DNA of 64,000 nt. Origin: Octopus sinensis. Its lineage: Eukaryota. A model generated the notes under the pieces. The model was given only the letters and a program-made list of their open reading frames with translations. It searched no databases and was not told where the DNA came from. Below are positions 12,931 through 26,108 of this stretch, in pieces; position 1 is the first letter of the stretch; every line of letters begins with the position of its first letter. The stretch lies in NCBI RefSeq assembly GCF_006345805.1, contig NC_043001.1, positions 92,628,001 through 92,692,000 on the forward strand, in the 5' to 3' direction. The position numbers and the translations under genes were made by a program.

Positions 12931-13231
12931 ACATGCTCCTCCACCCTAGTGGTTTGAATCCTTTAGATTACTGAGTTTGAGGTTTTGTTGGTAGGTGGCG
13001 GTCCCACAATGTCAGAACTCACTGGGGATGATGTCATGGGTAGCAACGACCTGGGTTACCTGGCTCTTATATGTCATTCTTCCTGTGGGCAATTTTGCTG
13101 AATGGTCTGTTTATCTGATGTATCTTGTGCATTTTCTTGTGAGTTTGTTGCTTTTGTTTTTCCTTGTATTCTGTATTGTAATTGTTTGCTTGGCAAATAT
13201 TATATGTATCTTTCTTACTCATCCCCTACGT

Positions 13232-13284
<53 letters not shown>

Positions 13285-13756
13285 GACAGACAGAGGAAGT
13301 AATTCACACATGTTAATGAGCAAAAGCACTCATTATAAATCATAGAGTTGAGATATATGTATTTAAAAAAAACTTGTCAATACATTTTGAGGAAATGAAA
13401 ATTTTATAACTGGCTACCAACGAAATGTTTATTAACAGACTCTAGGCTAAAATCACTGAAATCTTCTGTGCTTTTAAGCTTAGAGAGAAATTTTTATTCT
13501 CTTCTATTTGAAGTATTCAAAGTACTCAAGGAGAATCAATTCTAATCAGTTAGAATAACAAAATTTAGTCAAAGTGGGATAGCTGAAAAAGTAATTAAAT
13601 GGTGCTATCTATTGTAAAAATATAGACAAGAATATTTCGAAACTTAAAATGAGATTCAATGGAGTAAATGAGAGATGCTGATCGTAAAATCCCTTCTGGA
13701 ATTTTGAATTGACTGAAGGAATATTCAAGAAGAGATTTTAGTCATACTGATGTTAA

Positions 13757-13788
<32 letters not shown>

Positions 13789-14929
13789 CCCTTCATTCAG
13801 AAACATTGGAAAGTGAAATAAAATGAAACTCTCAAACTATATTTATTGAAAGAAAAATGCTTCAAAATATTATGTCAACTGGAAGATTGTTACAAGACAA
13901 AGGCCTTAAAAAATGGCAGTAATAGATGTAATCTAAATCTATTCATAGCAGAGAAAAGACTAATCCTTGAAAATTCACAATAACCAGAACATGAAAATTC
14001 CGAATCTAAGGGTTTTAGAAAATGCAGATAAACAATGATTTCACAAAGCTGGGCACACATGGAATTTGTAAATGTCTGCCAGTATGTTGGTTGTAGTGGG
14101 GTGAGTGAATGTATGTAGATGAATGAGTATGCATATTCTTACTGTGCCATTTTTCAAGGTACTGGCATTATTAATATTACACTAACTTACTACTAAAATG
14201 TAACCCTTACCCAATTTTTTAATAATTTTTTTTCTTTTTCCCTTTTAAGAGAACCTTTAAACTTTTATAACACATTGAACAGTAATTGCAAACATTATTA
14301 TATTTATAACATATTTTCTCAATTACTCTATTTAATCTCTGTTTAGATTTTAATCTATTCACATGTCTCAATTTTTACTGAATTTTGTGACTTCTGACTA
14401 TAGTTTTTTTTTTCCCCCCAGAATCCCTTGAACGGTACAGCTAAATGAAAATATGATTTCTTGACTACATTTAAAAATACAGAAAACTTCATTAACTACA
14501 GCCCTTGGATCCTGTAACTGATGTTTGGGTTGTAACCAGCTATTATGAAGCTGAATTCCCAAAATGGAAAGTTAAGTATTTATAAATTCTGATTTCAGTA
14601 ATTGGACAGCAGCCATGCTGGGTCACTACCTTGAAAAGTTAAGTAGATAATATCAACCAAGTACTAATTTTAAGGTCTGGAACTAATTTTATTGTGCTCT
14701 ATTTGCTGAACTGCTAGCTTACAGGACAAAATGTGGAGCATTTTGCTAGTAACACAGACAGAAAAAATACATCTCATGCCACAGATTTATATAAATACAG
14801 TTTCCATCTGACAAATTTAACTCACTAGGCAATGGGCAACTTGTCACCATAGTTCAAAAATCCAGATGCCATGCAGTGGAACTTAACTTGAACTCTAGCT
14901 CAAAGAATTAAATCAGGAAAGGATTCTAC

Positions 14930-15620
14930 CACTTCTTTACAGATTATGAATTTGCAATCACTACAGAAACTGGCTTGAAATTAGCAAAATTTCTCAACAT
15001 CACCACTGATGTTTCCAACTTCCAACATTACTTCTGTTGTAAGCCCAATAAAACAGTCAACTATACACATGGAAAGTTTAACCCTAGAGACATCCTAAAT
15101 CGTTCGTTTAACGTCCGTTCTCCATGCTAGCATGTTAAAACGTATCCCTTATAAATCCTAGCATTTCATTCCATGAGAATGTATTGCCTGCAATAATGAA
15201 ACATTAACACACAGTGGCTTCAAAAGATGGGGAAAAAAAGAAAGAAAATCAATTACACCACCCACTTCCAAATGCCTATCTGTAAGAAAGAAAAACAGTA
15301 TTTGCTGGTATGATTCTCTCCTACATTTATTAGCTGTTGCAATCATAGCAAAATTCTTCTTGTTAAAGAAACATTTCCCATACTAACATATATATATATA
15401 AACTTTTCAATTAAAGCGCTTTCACATTTCCCAATCTCAAACTCTGACTACTTGATAACTTCCTCCATTATCTTTAAACTCAATAATTCAATCAGTTCAC
15501 TTTGGTCTAATAACAACTGAAATTCTGCCAACCTCACTTCATGCCCAGTCAATTCAAAAAGTTTAAATAATGACTTTATTTACTATGATCTTCAACAAAC
15601 TTCATAGGAGTTACTGAAGT
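14930..15620 (+). mobile_element. Fragmented Penelope-like RT remnants, interrupted by a short RTE-SINE piece at 15085-15140
   Basis: ..TETGLKLAKFLNITTD...CKPNKTVNYTH resembles the PLE FLD(V/I)T...Y.KPN...YI motif; further fragments at 15330-15620. Confidence 0.4.
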
Positions 15621-16186
15621 TAAATAGAAAGATGGTATCCTGCCATGTGATATGTGATACTGACACTATCTATCTGTTACCCATTAAGAAAAAGCAAACT
15701 TTTATATTGTGTATGTAAGTCAATATTAATAGTATTTTTGTTTACTTGTTTGTTTTTGGTGTGGCTTATGATGTGATATGAATGAGTCAAAATTAAATGA
15801 ATTGTTTTTATCAGTTACTACATAGGAAGGTTGCATTAATTATAAAATATTTTCGGTACACCCAACCATCTTTTATGAAATCTGCCTCCAAATAAATTTA
15901 GTGTTTTCTTTGTAAGAGTTTGAAAGAGCTCATATGATGGTGCAGTCAGTATCATAAGTAAGATTTCTACTAAACCGATTCAAGACACAGTACTGTTAAT
16001 TTTATTTTTATTTTGTATTTTCATTTGCAGTGGGATAATATATGGTGCAGAAAGACAGTCATGTCTCACATTTCATGACATGGCATCATTTTGTCTTGTA
16101 CTTCATTGACTGTAACAAAATCTATTGAAGATCATGCTTAGGTAGAAGAATGCAAATATTTTACATAGGTAGTTACACACATGTTA

Positions 16187-16236
<50 letters not shown>

Positions 16237-16819
16237 CACACAATCCTACAAAGGCAGAGAATGAAAGAAGAGTAATATGGAGATTAACTAACAGCTGTCT
16301 GCCTTACATAAGAGTTTTAAGATATTAATAAGGCATGAATAAATATGGCTTTTAAAACTTTCAAAATATTCAAGAGGGTCATTATTCTTTTATCAATGTG
16401 TTAGCATTTGTAAGAAATAACGACTTTCTAGGTGTGAAACAAATGAAAATTCTTATATAAGTATTTTACACCTCCCTTTACAAATTTCTCAAATACAATA
16501 TTGAAAAAAATCCACTAAACATGAGAAGAATAAACCTGGATTTGTTATTTTGTGTAACTTTGTCTGTTGATCTTTGTTTTTTTTTCTTTAAAAATTCTTC
16601 GATATTATAAATATTCACATTATTTTAACTGTTATTCATATTTTTAGTTTCATCCTTTCTCTTATATTTTGTTATTCTATTTTTCTTGCCCTTTTTTTCA
16701 TTTTTAAAACAACATACAAATTTAATTTAAATAATAACATTCAATCTCTAAAAATAATGAAATAACAATAGTGAGGTAATTAGAAAAAAATCTGATTGTA
16801 TGAATTGTAAGTTAATTAA

Positions 16820-16870
16820 ATGATGAGAATGAGAATGGTGGTGGTGATGATGATAGTAATAATAATAATG

Positions 16871-16907
<37 letters not shown>

Positions 16908-16948
16908 TGATGATGATGATGATGATAATAATAATGATAATAATAATA

Positions 16949-17004
<56 letters not shown>

Positions 17005-17012
17005 GATAACAA
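16820..17012. repeat. Compound (TAA)n/(GAT)n microsatellite
   Basis: Direct inspection. Confidence 0.97.
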
Positions 17013-18409
17013 CAGTGATAAAATTTAATCACAATGACACTGTTCAGATTGGAAAGCAAAATGCTTCAAAACTTTGATTTAATTTGGAAGAAAAAAATAT
17101 CTGTTCAAGAAAAGAGAAATCAATAGTAATAATAATCATAATAATATATGCTTCAAATGAGCGCAATTAAATTTTTTATATGCTTTAATATTTTATTTTT
17201 TGTAAATAATGAGAAAAAAAAATGAAATATTGATATAAGAAAATATTTGCAAACATGCAGAATTAAATAATTATGTGCAGCTGTATTTCACATGCAAGGG
17301 TAAAATTAGTGCTACCAAATAAAAGAAAATGAAAAGAATAAAATGAAAAAAGGTTCTGGGTGGGTGGGGTAAAAAGGGAGGTTATAAAGGGAAAGGGGCG
17401 CGGATCAGCATGCATGGTGTGACTAAGCCACAGTGGCATTCATTGGCCTCACTCTGGCATTAAAACTGTATCGTGCCAAATGCTTATATATATATAAATA
17501 TATATATATACTGGATTTTGTCATCATCATTAAAAAAAACAAAAAACAAAGATAAAATAACGAAAAACAGTTACTGCAGAAACGAAGACAAATGACACAA
17601 CAGAAAAACAAAACTGAAGAAATAACAGAAATTCAAAAAAGAAGTTACAGAAAAAAATAATATACAAACGTAACAAAAAAACAAAATTAAAAACACCACC
17701 AACAACAACAATAACAACAACAATGACGACATACAGTGCTCAACTAACCAACCACAACATTCACAAGGAAGGTATATAGAGATATATATATATAAATATA
17801 TATATATATACATATATATATATACACACACATATATATATATATATAAACACACACATATACATACATATATATACATATATATATATATATGTATATA
17901 TATATATGTATGTATGTATGTATGTAAACATATACATGTATATATATATGAAACCAGCACTAAAGGGCGCTGACCAATAAAGAATTAAAAAATAATTGAA
18001 ATAAATGAAATGAAATAAATATTTTGTAAATAAATAAAATAAATTTACTTTTTAAAATCTGTATAAAATATGATGAAAATAATATTATTTAAACAAGAGA
18101 AAAAAAATTAATATATTAACAACTTAATAATTACAGGCTTCTGTGTATGTAAGATTGTGTGTATGCAATATATAACTACATGTGTATAAGCACTAAGAAA
18201 ATGTAATCAGCACTGATATTTGTAACAACTGTAGAAAGAAGCTGCTTTGAAATAACATTCTTGAAATTTCTCACTTCAGTCTATCACTAATATTGATAGA
18301 CAAATTTTACTCAATATCATTTTGATATATATTGAGTCAAATGGAAAAATAAAAATGATGATAATAATAATTATTATTATTATTAAAAATTTCATTATGG
18401 TAGTTGATG

Positions 18410-18690
18410 TTGCTTTTAACTTATACATAAGGCCTCAAATTTTGGGGTAAGGAGCATAGTCGATTACATCAATCTAAATAATTAACTGGTGCTTATTTTT
18501 CAATCCTTGAGAGAATGAAAGACAAAGTGAGTCTCAGCAAGATTTGATTTGAAAATGTAAAGAAAGTACCACAAAGAATTTTTCCATGGCTTTGACAATT
18601 CTACAACGTAGTACTCACAATGGTAATAAGAATAAATATGAATATAAACTTCTGCTGAAGGTAGAGATGAGGCTAAATTTTTCAAGGTGT
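18410..18690 (-). mobile_element. Decayed SINE copy (family of 3661-6010)
   Basis: aaggcctcaaattttgggg...cgattacatc...actggtgcttatttt...gaatgaaagacaaagt. Confidence 0.7.
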
Positions 18691-19344
18691 GTAGAGGGAA
18701 CTAAATCAACCTTTAGCATAATACTGTTATTTGCTTTATGAAATCCACATAAGAAAAAAACAAAGTCAACTATGAACGATTTGAACCAAGAATTATTAAT
18801 CTCTTATATAGGCACAAAGGTTTTAAGTTTATAGGCTTGTACAAGGAGAAAATTATGTAATAAGTACAGCAGTGAATTTACACATATCTTAATTTTGGAT
18901 TTTCTTCCTATAGTTATGCTAAATCAAACTCAACAATACTATTCCTGTAACTAATTATAATTTTCAACACTATAACCATTATCATAAATTGTGTAATCTA
19001 CAATATTATTTCTACACTATATTTGATTAGTTTGATCTCTTACCAGATCTCTTATTCTTGGCTGTGTACATGACCACAAACTAAATTTGAACTAATGAAT
19101 TATATTTCTACCTGTGATCCCCAAGTGAAAAAGTGAAAAATTAAACTGATATAAAGTAAATGTATATATAAATACTGTACAGAGACACCCTAAAGATGAA
19201 ATGTATAGTTCAGATAATTATAATATTACTGTAGGCATTCTTCAAATAAGTAGTTACTGCAAAAGGGTATGAGAGCGAAACTTTACTCTTCTTTGTAAAG
19301 AAACACACCCACATACTACCACTACAACTGCTACTACTACTGAC

Positions 19345-19420
<76 letters not shown>

Positions 19421-19424
19421 GACC

Positions 19425-19922
19425 TGATGCAGTTCCAGCAGTGGGTCTCATGGCTTCTGATCTTAACTGATTAGAAGTGTTAGCATGTACATGTTTGTCT
19501 TAGTGTAAAAGATGGGCTACAGCAAATATTCTGCTCAATACCACAGATGTGCTTGTCAGTTGCTTGACCTTAATTAGTTGAGCATGTCCCTTAGTGGCTG
19601 ATAATATATACTTTTCAGATCATGAACAAGAGTAGTGGGGATGCTTCATAAATATGTGTTGAAAGGAATTCTTCATCCTTAAACAACTTTTATTCAGAGA
19701 CCTCTTGAGCAGGATGGGCTACTCAACCTCAAGAAAATTCTAAGTGGACCCCACCTGCAAGATCATGCATCATTTATTTTGATATTAGATCACCATGTCA
19801 TGCACATATGGTTGTGATGCATGAGCCAGGTGTATCAGATGAATAGTCATAATAGGTATTTTGGGCTTCGCATATTTGTACCCCATCATCACTTTCATGG
19901 CATGCACTGCTCTCTCACTCGA
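19425..19922. mobile_element. ~500 bp dispersed-repeat-like element embedded in (TAA)n; class uncertain
   Basis: GC-richer block with sharp edges against (TAA)n on the left and gataatagtgataat on the right; no ORF. I recall similar sequence as a recurrent octopus repeat (unverified). Confidence 0.45.
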
Positions 19923-19934
19923 TAATAGTGATAA

Positions 19935-20148
19935 TCCTTTCTAATACAGATGCAAGGCCTGGAATTTTGAGGAAAGAGCCAGTTGATTACATTGACAACA
20001 GAATGTCGCTGGTACTTATTTCATCGGCCCCAAAAGGATGAAAGGCAAAGTCAACCTTAGTGAAATATGAACTCAGTATGTAAAGCCAGAAGAAATGCTG
20101 TCAAGCATCTTGTTTCATGGGCTAATAATTCTGTTAGCTTGCTGCTCT
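19935..20148 (-). mobile_element. SINE copy (family of 3661-6010)
   Basis: aatcctttctaatacagatgcaaggcctggaattt...ctggtacttatttcatcggccccaaaaggatgaaaggcaaagtcaacc. Confidence 0.85.
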
Positions 20149-20221
20149 AATAATAATAATAATAATAATTAATTAATTCTTTTATTAATAATAATAATAA
20201 TAAAAATGATAATAATAATAA

Positions 20222-20650
20222 TGTGATTCAGTGATTGATGCTAGGAAGCCAGATATTGCAGTTGATAAAATGTTGAAGGAAACTAAGATCATAGATATTG
20301 CTATATTTGGGATGTATGTGTGACTGGAAAAGATTGAGAAGTACAAAGCACTGAAAGATGAGATTGCATGTATGTGGGTAATGAAAAAAGTAAATATCAT
20401 CCCAGCAGTTGTAGGGTCAATGGGAGCATTAACAACCAGATTTGAGAAATTTGTTGGAGAAATTGGGATTGATATGTGGGTAGAACATGCTCAGAAAACT
20501 TCTTTATTGGGGACAGTGAGGATTTTGATATTGCTACTTGGATGTTAAGTATTGAGGAAAGAGACCCTGTGAGACCCTTGACAAAAGACTGTTATCTGCT
20601 CGTACAAAATTAGCAGGAGCAAGTGAAATCAAGAGCTCTGAGAAGTGAAA
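20222..20650 (+). mobile_element. 3' end of an RLE-type non-LTR retrotransposon (Dong/R4- or NeSL-like) with restriction-like endonuclease domain
   Basis: Translation DARKPDIAVD...KIIDIAI...EKIEKYKALKDEI..MW..KKVNIIPAVVGSMGAL...AQKTSLLGTVRIL matches the RLE R.KPD..D..EK..KY motif and the QK..LLGT..IL terminus; flanked by TAA repeats. Confidence 0.8.
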
Positions 20651-20676
20651 TGGAAATAATTATAATAATCATGTTG

Positions 20677-20724
<48 letters not shown>

Positions 20725-20817
20725 ATGAATAATATCTATCTACCTAAATGTGTATGTGTGTGTGGCATATATTTACATATATAATATATGAACACACACA
20801 CATTTGACCTATATATA

Positions 20818-21490
20818 TATCATCATCATTTAATGTCCGTTGTCCATGCTGGCATGGGTTGGATGGTTTGACCAGGGCTAGTAAACTGGAAGGCTGCACC
20901 AGACTCCAGGCTGATTTAGCATGGTTTTCTAAAGCCGGATGCTCTACCTAACACCAACCACTCTGAGAGTGTTATGGGTGCTTTTATGTGTCACCGACAC
21001 TGGTGCCATTTTTGTGACACCAATATCTGCAATGACTGTGATTTTGCTTGGTTTGATGGGTCTTCTTGAGCATGACATAATGCCAAAGGTCTCAGTCATT
21101 GCCTCCGTGAGGCCCAACACTCAAAAGTAACTCAGTTGCTTTGCCTCTGTGAGGCCAAACACTTGAAAGGAACTCAGCCACTTTTCCTCCGTGAGGCCCA
21201 ATGCTCAAAAAGTGCTCTTTACGTGCCAGTTACATGACACCAGCATCAGCCATGACTATGATTTCACTTGGCTGCATACTGCCAAAGGTCTTAGTCACTA
21301 GTCAGTGAGGCTCAAAGTTTGAAGATCATGCTTCACCATCTCGTCCCATGTCTTCCTGAGTCTACCTCTACCACAGGTTCCCTCCACAGTTAGAGATCAG
21401 CATGTCTTTACATTTGGCAGACTCTCCTCCTCCCATTCATTATCCACATTCATCAGTCTTTATTAATGGCATTTCCAAGCCTCTTTCTTT
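20818..21490 (-). mobile_element. 5'-truncated RTE LINE 3' end with 3'UTR and (GAT)n tail
   Basis: The minus strand encodes SLTVEGTCGRGRLRKTWDEMVKHDLQTLSL (RTE C-terminal GR.R.TW motif), followed by a UTR matching the SINE tail at 30600-30772. Confidence 0.82.
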
Positions 21491-21610
21491 GCATAATCAT
21501 TAAAATATATATATATATATATATTTTAGAGATAGAATCATCTCTATATATAGGGCACGTCAAAGTGCTCAGTGTATCTGAGCCATAGAAAAATAGGAGG
21601 AATAATGAAG

Positions 21611-22330
21611 AGAGACAAAAGATAGGTTACCAAAATATATTCTATAGTGAAATCATTATATGCACCAAATCATGTGCTAAAATATATATAGATATATAAA
21701 CATACTCAAAATATATTAAAAATACACTAAAAATATATAGGTATAAATATATATAAATATGTTAAGAATATATTAAGAATGTACAAAGATATAGGTCTTA
21801 CTTTTTAAAAACAGTGTTAAAATATTGTAAATCCATAAGGTTTATAATTCACTTAGTATCTGAGTGTAGAAAATATAATAAATCCATATAGAAGTTTATA
21901 TCTGACTGCCATTTCTGGGGGCAGAGTGATGCAAAGATGAACCTAAATTCTGTTCAATACCACTGCCTCCTTCATCAAAGAAGATCCAACTGGTAAGATT
22001 ACATTTGTTATGAGCTATGGTAAAATCTGTTGCTGATAACCTTTATAAAGAGCTACATTTATTACTCTGGTAGATGATTTTAAGCAAATTATAACCCTTA
22101 TGGATTTACATTTTAAATATTTTTATATATTTAATACCGTTTTTAAAAAGTAAATAAGACTATATTTTTGTACATTCTTAATATATTCTTAACATATTTA
22201 TATATCTATATCTCTTTAATGTATCTTTAACATATTTTGAGTATGTTTATATATCTATATATTTTTGGCACATGGTTTGGTACATATGATTTCAAAACAT
22301 AATATATTTTGGTAACCTATCTTTTGTCTC
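21611..22330. mobile_element. Fold-back element: ~245 bp inverted arms (21611-21856 / 22081-22330) with a ~225 bp spacer; PLE-type relic
   Basis: gacaaaagataggttaccaaaatatat / atatattttggtaacctatcttttgtc and gtaaatccataagg / ccttatggatttac are reverse complements; the spacer contains a hammerhead-like motif. Confidence 0.85.
21901..21981 (-). ncRNA. Degenerate type I hammerhead ribozyme motif
   Basis: Minus strand: UCU-UUGAUGA-A-GGAGGCAG...CUGCCCCC-A-GAAA-U-GGCA-GUC-AGA. C3 and 15.2 deviate from consensus. Confidence 0.55.
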
Positions 22331-22382
22331 CCTGCATAAACTTACAAGGAAATTAATTATTTTACTGTTCTATTATATTTTT

Positions 22383-22469
22383 AACCTGATGAGCGACTAT
22401 ATTTATATGCAAGTGATTTCTCTACTACTATAATCATTTCTTAAATATAGCAGCGAAACACATGTCGTT
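22383..22469 (+). ncRNA. Type I (minimal) hammerhead ribozyme with intact catalytic core
   Basis: AAC-CUGAUGA(22386-92)-GC..CUAUAUUUA/UAAAUAUAG..GC-GAAA(22455-58)-C-ACAU-GUC(cleavage after 22466)-GUU. Stem I is 3 bp, G10.1-C11.1 is present, and stem III contains the palindrome ACAUGU. Confidence 0.8.
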
Positions 22470-22624
22470 TTTCTACCTATTATATACATTATATTATTTT
22501 TGTAATTTACTTAATCTTTACTTTTTAATTATTTTCATTTTAACTTTTCTATATGTAATTTTCTAGATGGTGTAATTTAATTATTCATTTTGAATTGATA
22601 AAAGGTGGTTTCTTTCTAATATTT

Positions 22625-22692
<68 letters not shown>

Positions 22693-23223
22693 TATAAAAA
22701 ACACACACACATGAGTGTTTATGGTATGTATATATAGATAAATATACACACACATTATAATCTAAGCATATATATATACACACCCACACAAGCACATATG
22801 CATATTAATTTAGCCGATAATATGACACAGCCTTATCTATGAACCAATACACTATATTACTTATATAGATGAAGCAACATACCAAGAACTTAGTCAAGAA
22901 GTTATGAAATTCTTGAAATAATATGGATATTCCAAATTAAAATGTTTGCTGATTTGTTGAAGCATTTCAATATATCATTGCATGATCATAAATGCAGTGT
23001 TTACATAAATGTTTGAGCTAAGTTCTGCATTACTTGAAACAAATTCTTTGTGCAGGTAGCTCAAACATGTGTCATGCACAACATAAATTTGATATATATT
23101 ATCTTTTACCTCTGCCATTTCAACTGTAGTTCATGTTATATCTATCTAGTTAGCTATGTGTGTGTGTGTGTGTAAAACCACTGTAAAAATCTTTTGTAAT
23201 ATCAGAATAATTCTATTGAAAAA

Positions 23224-23255
<32 letters not shown>

Positions 23256-24810
23256 AGAGAGAGAGAGAGAGAGAGAGTGGGTGAGTGAGAGATTAACAGA
23301 TAAGCACTTCACCCTTAACCATAGATATAGGCATAAGATTAATTTTATACTTAGTTGTACTGCTAATTTGGAGCAAACAACTTATCAGTACATTATTAGG
23401 TGCAATGTAACAAAATACATCTGATTATTGAAAAGAGTAAATGGCGGTATTTAGTATTGTGTAAAGTTACAAAGAAATGCAAACCTTACAAGAATGCTAG
23501 ATGAAATTGTGGCCTATGCACTGTGGAAACAAGGCTGATCCTCAGGAAGTCTCATATCCAAAATAGTATATGTGTATGCCAAATGAGAGATATCAAGCCA
23601 CTCTATGCACAAAAGAAAAAATATTTTTCATATAACACACCTCCACTAAATCTGCCATAGATTTTGCCAGGGTTTACCTAGGTGAACCCTTCCAAAATAA
23701 AAATATTTTATTGAATACCACTTAATTCACTCTACTTTCTTTAATCCTATATTTTATTCTTCTTTTAAAATTTCTTCTTTCCTTCTTTTTCTCATTCTCA
23801 ATTTGCTTTGATATTTCCTGTATTTCATACTTTCTATTTATTTCTTGTTTTCTTTCTTTTGGTGTTATTTCTTTGTTGTCTATTTGACACCTTTTGTAAA
23901 TAAACTGTTATTTCTTATACAAAAAAAAAACAAGGACCCAGAGAGACTCATCCTTTGAGAAATTCTGAAAGTGCTCTCCTTTAAACTAAAATGACATATA
24001 GTTAAAAAAAAAACCTTTCCAGAATGTTGAAGTAAACAAGAGCTTCCTGTATTAGCTGTAACAATCCTAATTCTGAATCAGAGATGCTACTGGAATATCT
24101 TGAAGGAAGTTGCACTTATTTCTTAGCTGATTTAAACATTAGAGACATCCTAAAATGCTTATTTGACTGTGTGATACAGTGTTTGCTTTGTAAACACATG
24201 GTTTAGGGTCCCATCTCACAGCATAGCCACTTGGACTAGTGTCATGCCTGACCAATGACTTGTGAGTGAAACTGGCAGGCATAAACTGTGTAGAAATCTG
24301 TCAGTACATATGTGTGTGGATTTGTGAATGCTTACATTCTCAGCATTTTCACAGAATACTATCTGAGCAAAATAGTGATGGTGTGTCTTTCACCTTGTGT
24401 AAACAATACTGATGGAATATAAAAAATCCCTTATTTGAAAAACTGACAGAGATTGGGAATAGGAAGAGTATCTAACAGTAAAATACTGTCTCTATAAGTT
24501 TTCGTCCAACCCACGCCAGCATGATAAAGCATGTGAAATGCATGAATATATATCATGAGTAAGATGCCCTATGAAGAACTCACTCATTTCATGAGTCCAG
24601 TATATAATCACTCAGTGTATTCAGACCTTCAAGGAACAAACTCACAATCTACCACTGAGATTTTAATCTATTAACTAAACCCATGAAATAAATGAGTGTT
24701 CTGTGGGACTACTTGCTGATAATAAACTGTAGATAATTATGTACAGAGTTCTTATTCAAACTATGACCTTCACACACACACACACATCTACTAAAATATT
24801 CACACACATG

Positions 24811-24842
<32 letters not shown>

Positions 24843-24852
24843 TGTATGTATG

Positions 24853-24895
<43 letters not shown>

Positions 24896-25609
24896 CTCAT
24901 TTAAAATAAATAGAAAATTGAAGAGCTAATATGATGAACAGTTATAATAAAATGTTTGAAAGCTAGCTCCTGGTGAGACAAGCAATATGGATTTCTAAGT
25001 TTAACCACGTGACTTGATTAATAACATTTATTGTTTCCTCACCTTTAATAAATATGACATTTGATTATGCAAGAAACAGATTTTTTAAAATTTTGTTTTC
25101 ACTAGGGTCTGGGACAATACTTTTGAGTAAAATTAATAATTAACTGAAGAATCCCCAGTGCATTATTGATGCAGAAAAACTAAAAGGTAAAATCAGTCTG
25201 AGCAAAATTTAACTTCAAATAGAGAGGAGCAAACCTAAATACAATAACTGATGTAGTCCAATGCTCTATCATTTCCAATGTTGTCAACATATAGTTATGT
25301 ACTTAATGTATCCAGCAAATGTATGCAGACTGCTCATGAAGCAAGATTAGTTATAGTAACTGCTACATATTACATGGTTTATTTTTAGATTGCTTTCAAT
25401 TCCTCAAATCTGCATATTAGTATAAATGTGGCAAGCACTAAAAGAGACATTTATTAGATTCACTACATAGATTAAAAAGGACAAGAAATAGAAATAGAAT
25501 AGCACTCATGCTGAAGTGCATCACTTTTAGCAATACACTCTTCTTAATGTTCCTAAGCCAAGTCTTTAAAAAATAATTACTGAATGTGCACTTAACAGAA
25601 GAAACATTA

Positions 25610-25625
25610 TTATTATTAGTAGTAC

Positions 25626-25664
<39 letters not shown>

Positions 25665-25688
25665 TATTATTATTATTATTATTATTAC

Positions 25689-25739
<51 letters not shown>

Positions 25740-25786
25740 TATATTATTATTATTATTATTACTATTATTATTATTATTATTATTAT

Positions 25787-25845
<59 letters not shown>
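25610..25845. repeat. (TTA)n followed by (TAG)n microsatellite
   Basis: Direct inspection. Confidence 0.97.
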
Positions 25846-25847
25846 AT

Positions 25848-26060
25848 GAAGGTGATGAGCTGGCAGAATCGTTAGCACGCCAAGCAAAATGCTTAGCAGT
25901 ATTTCACCTGTCACTACATATGGAGTTCAAATTCTGCTTAGGTTGACTTTGCTTTTCACCCTTTCAGGGTTGATAAATTAAGTACCAGTTGCATACTGGA
26001 GTTGATCTAATTGACTTGCCCGCTCCCACCAAATTGTGCCTATAGTACAAAGGATTATTA
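25848..26060 (+). mobile_element. SINE copy (family of 3661-6010), relatively well preserved
   Basis: aaggtgatgagctggcagaatcgttagcacgcc...gagttcaaattctgc...gataaattaagtaccagttg...gtgcctatagtacaaaggattattatt. Confidence 0.9.
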
Positions 26061-26071
26061 TTATTATTATC

Positions 26072-26108
<37 letters not shown>

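Noticed and set aside
16748-17077. Poly-Tyr/His/Ile/Leu ORFs (also 19254, 25586, 28279, 53446)
   Set aside because: Trinucleotide microsatellite translations.
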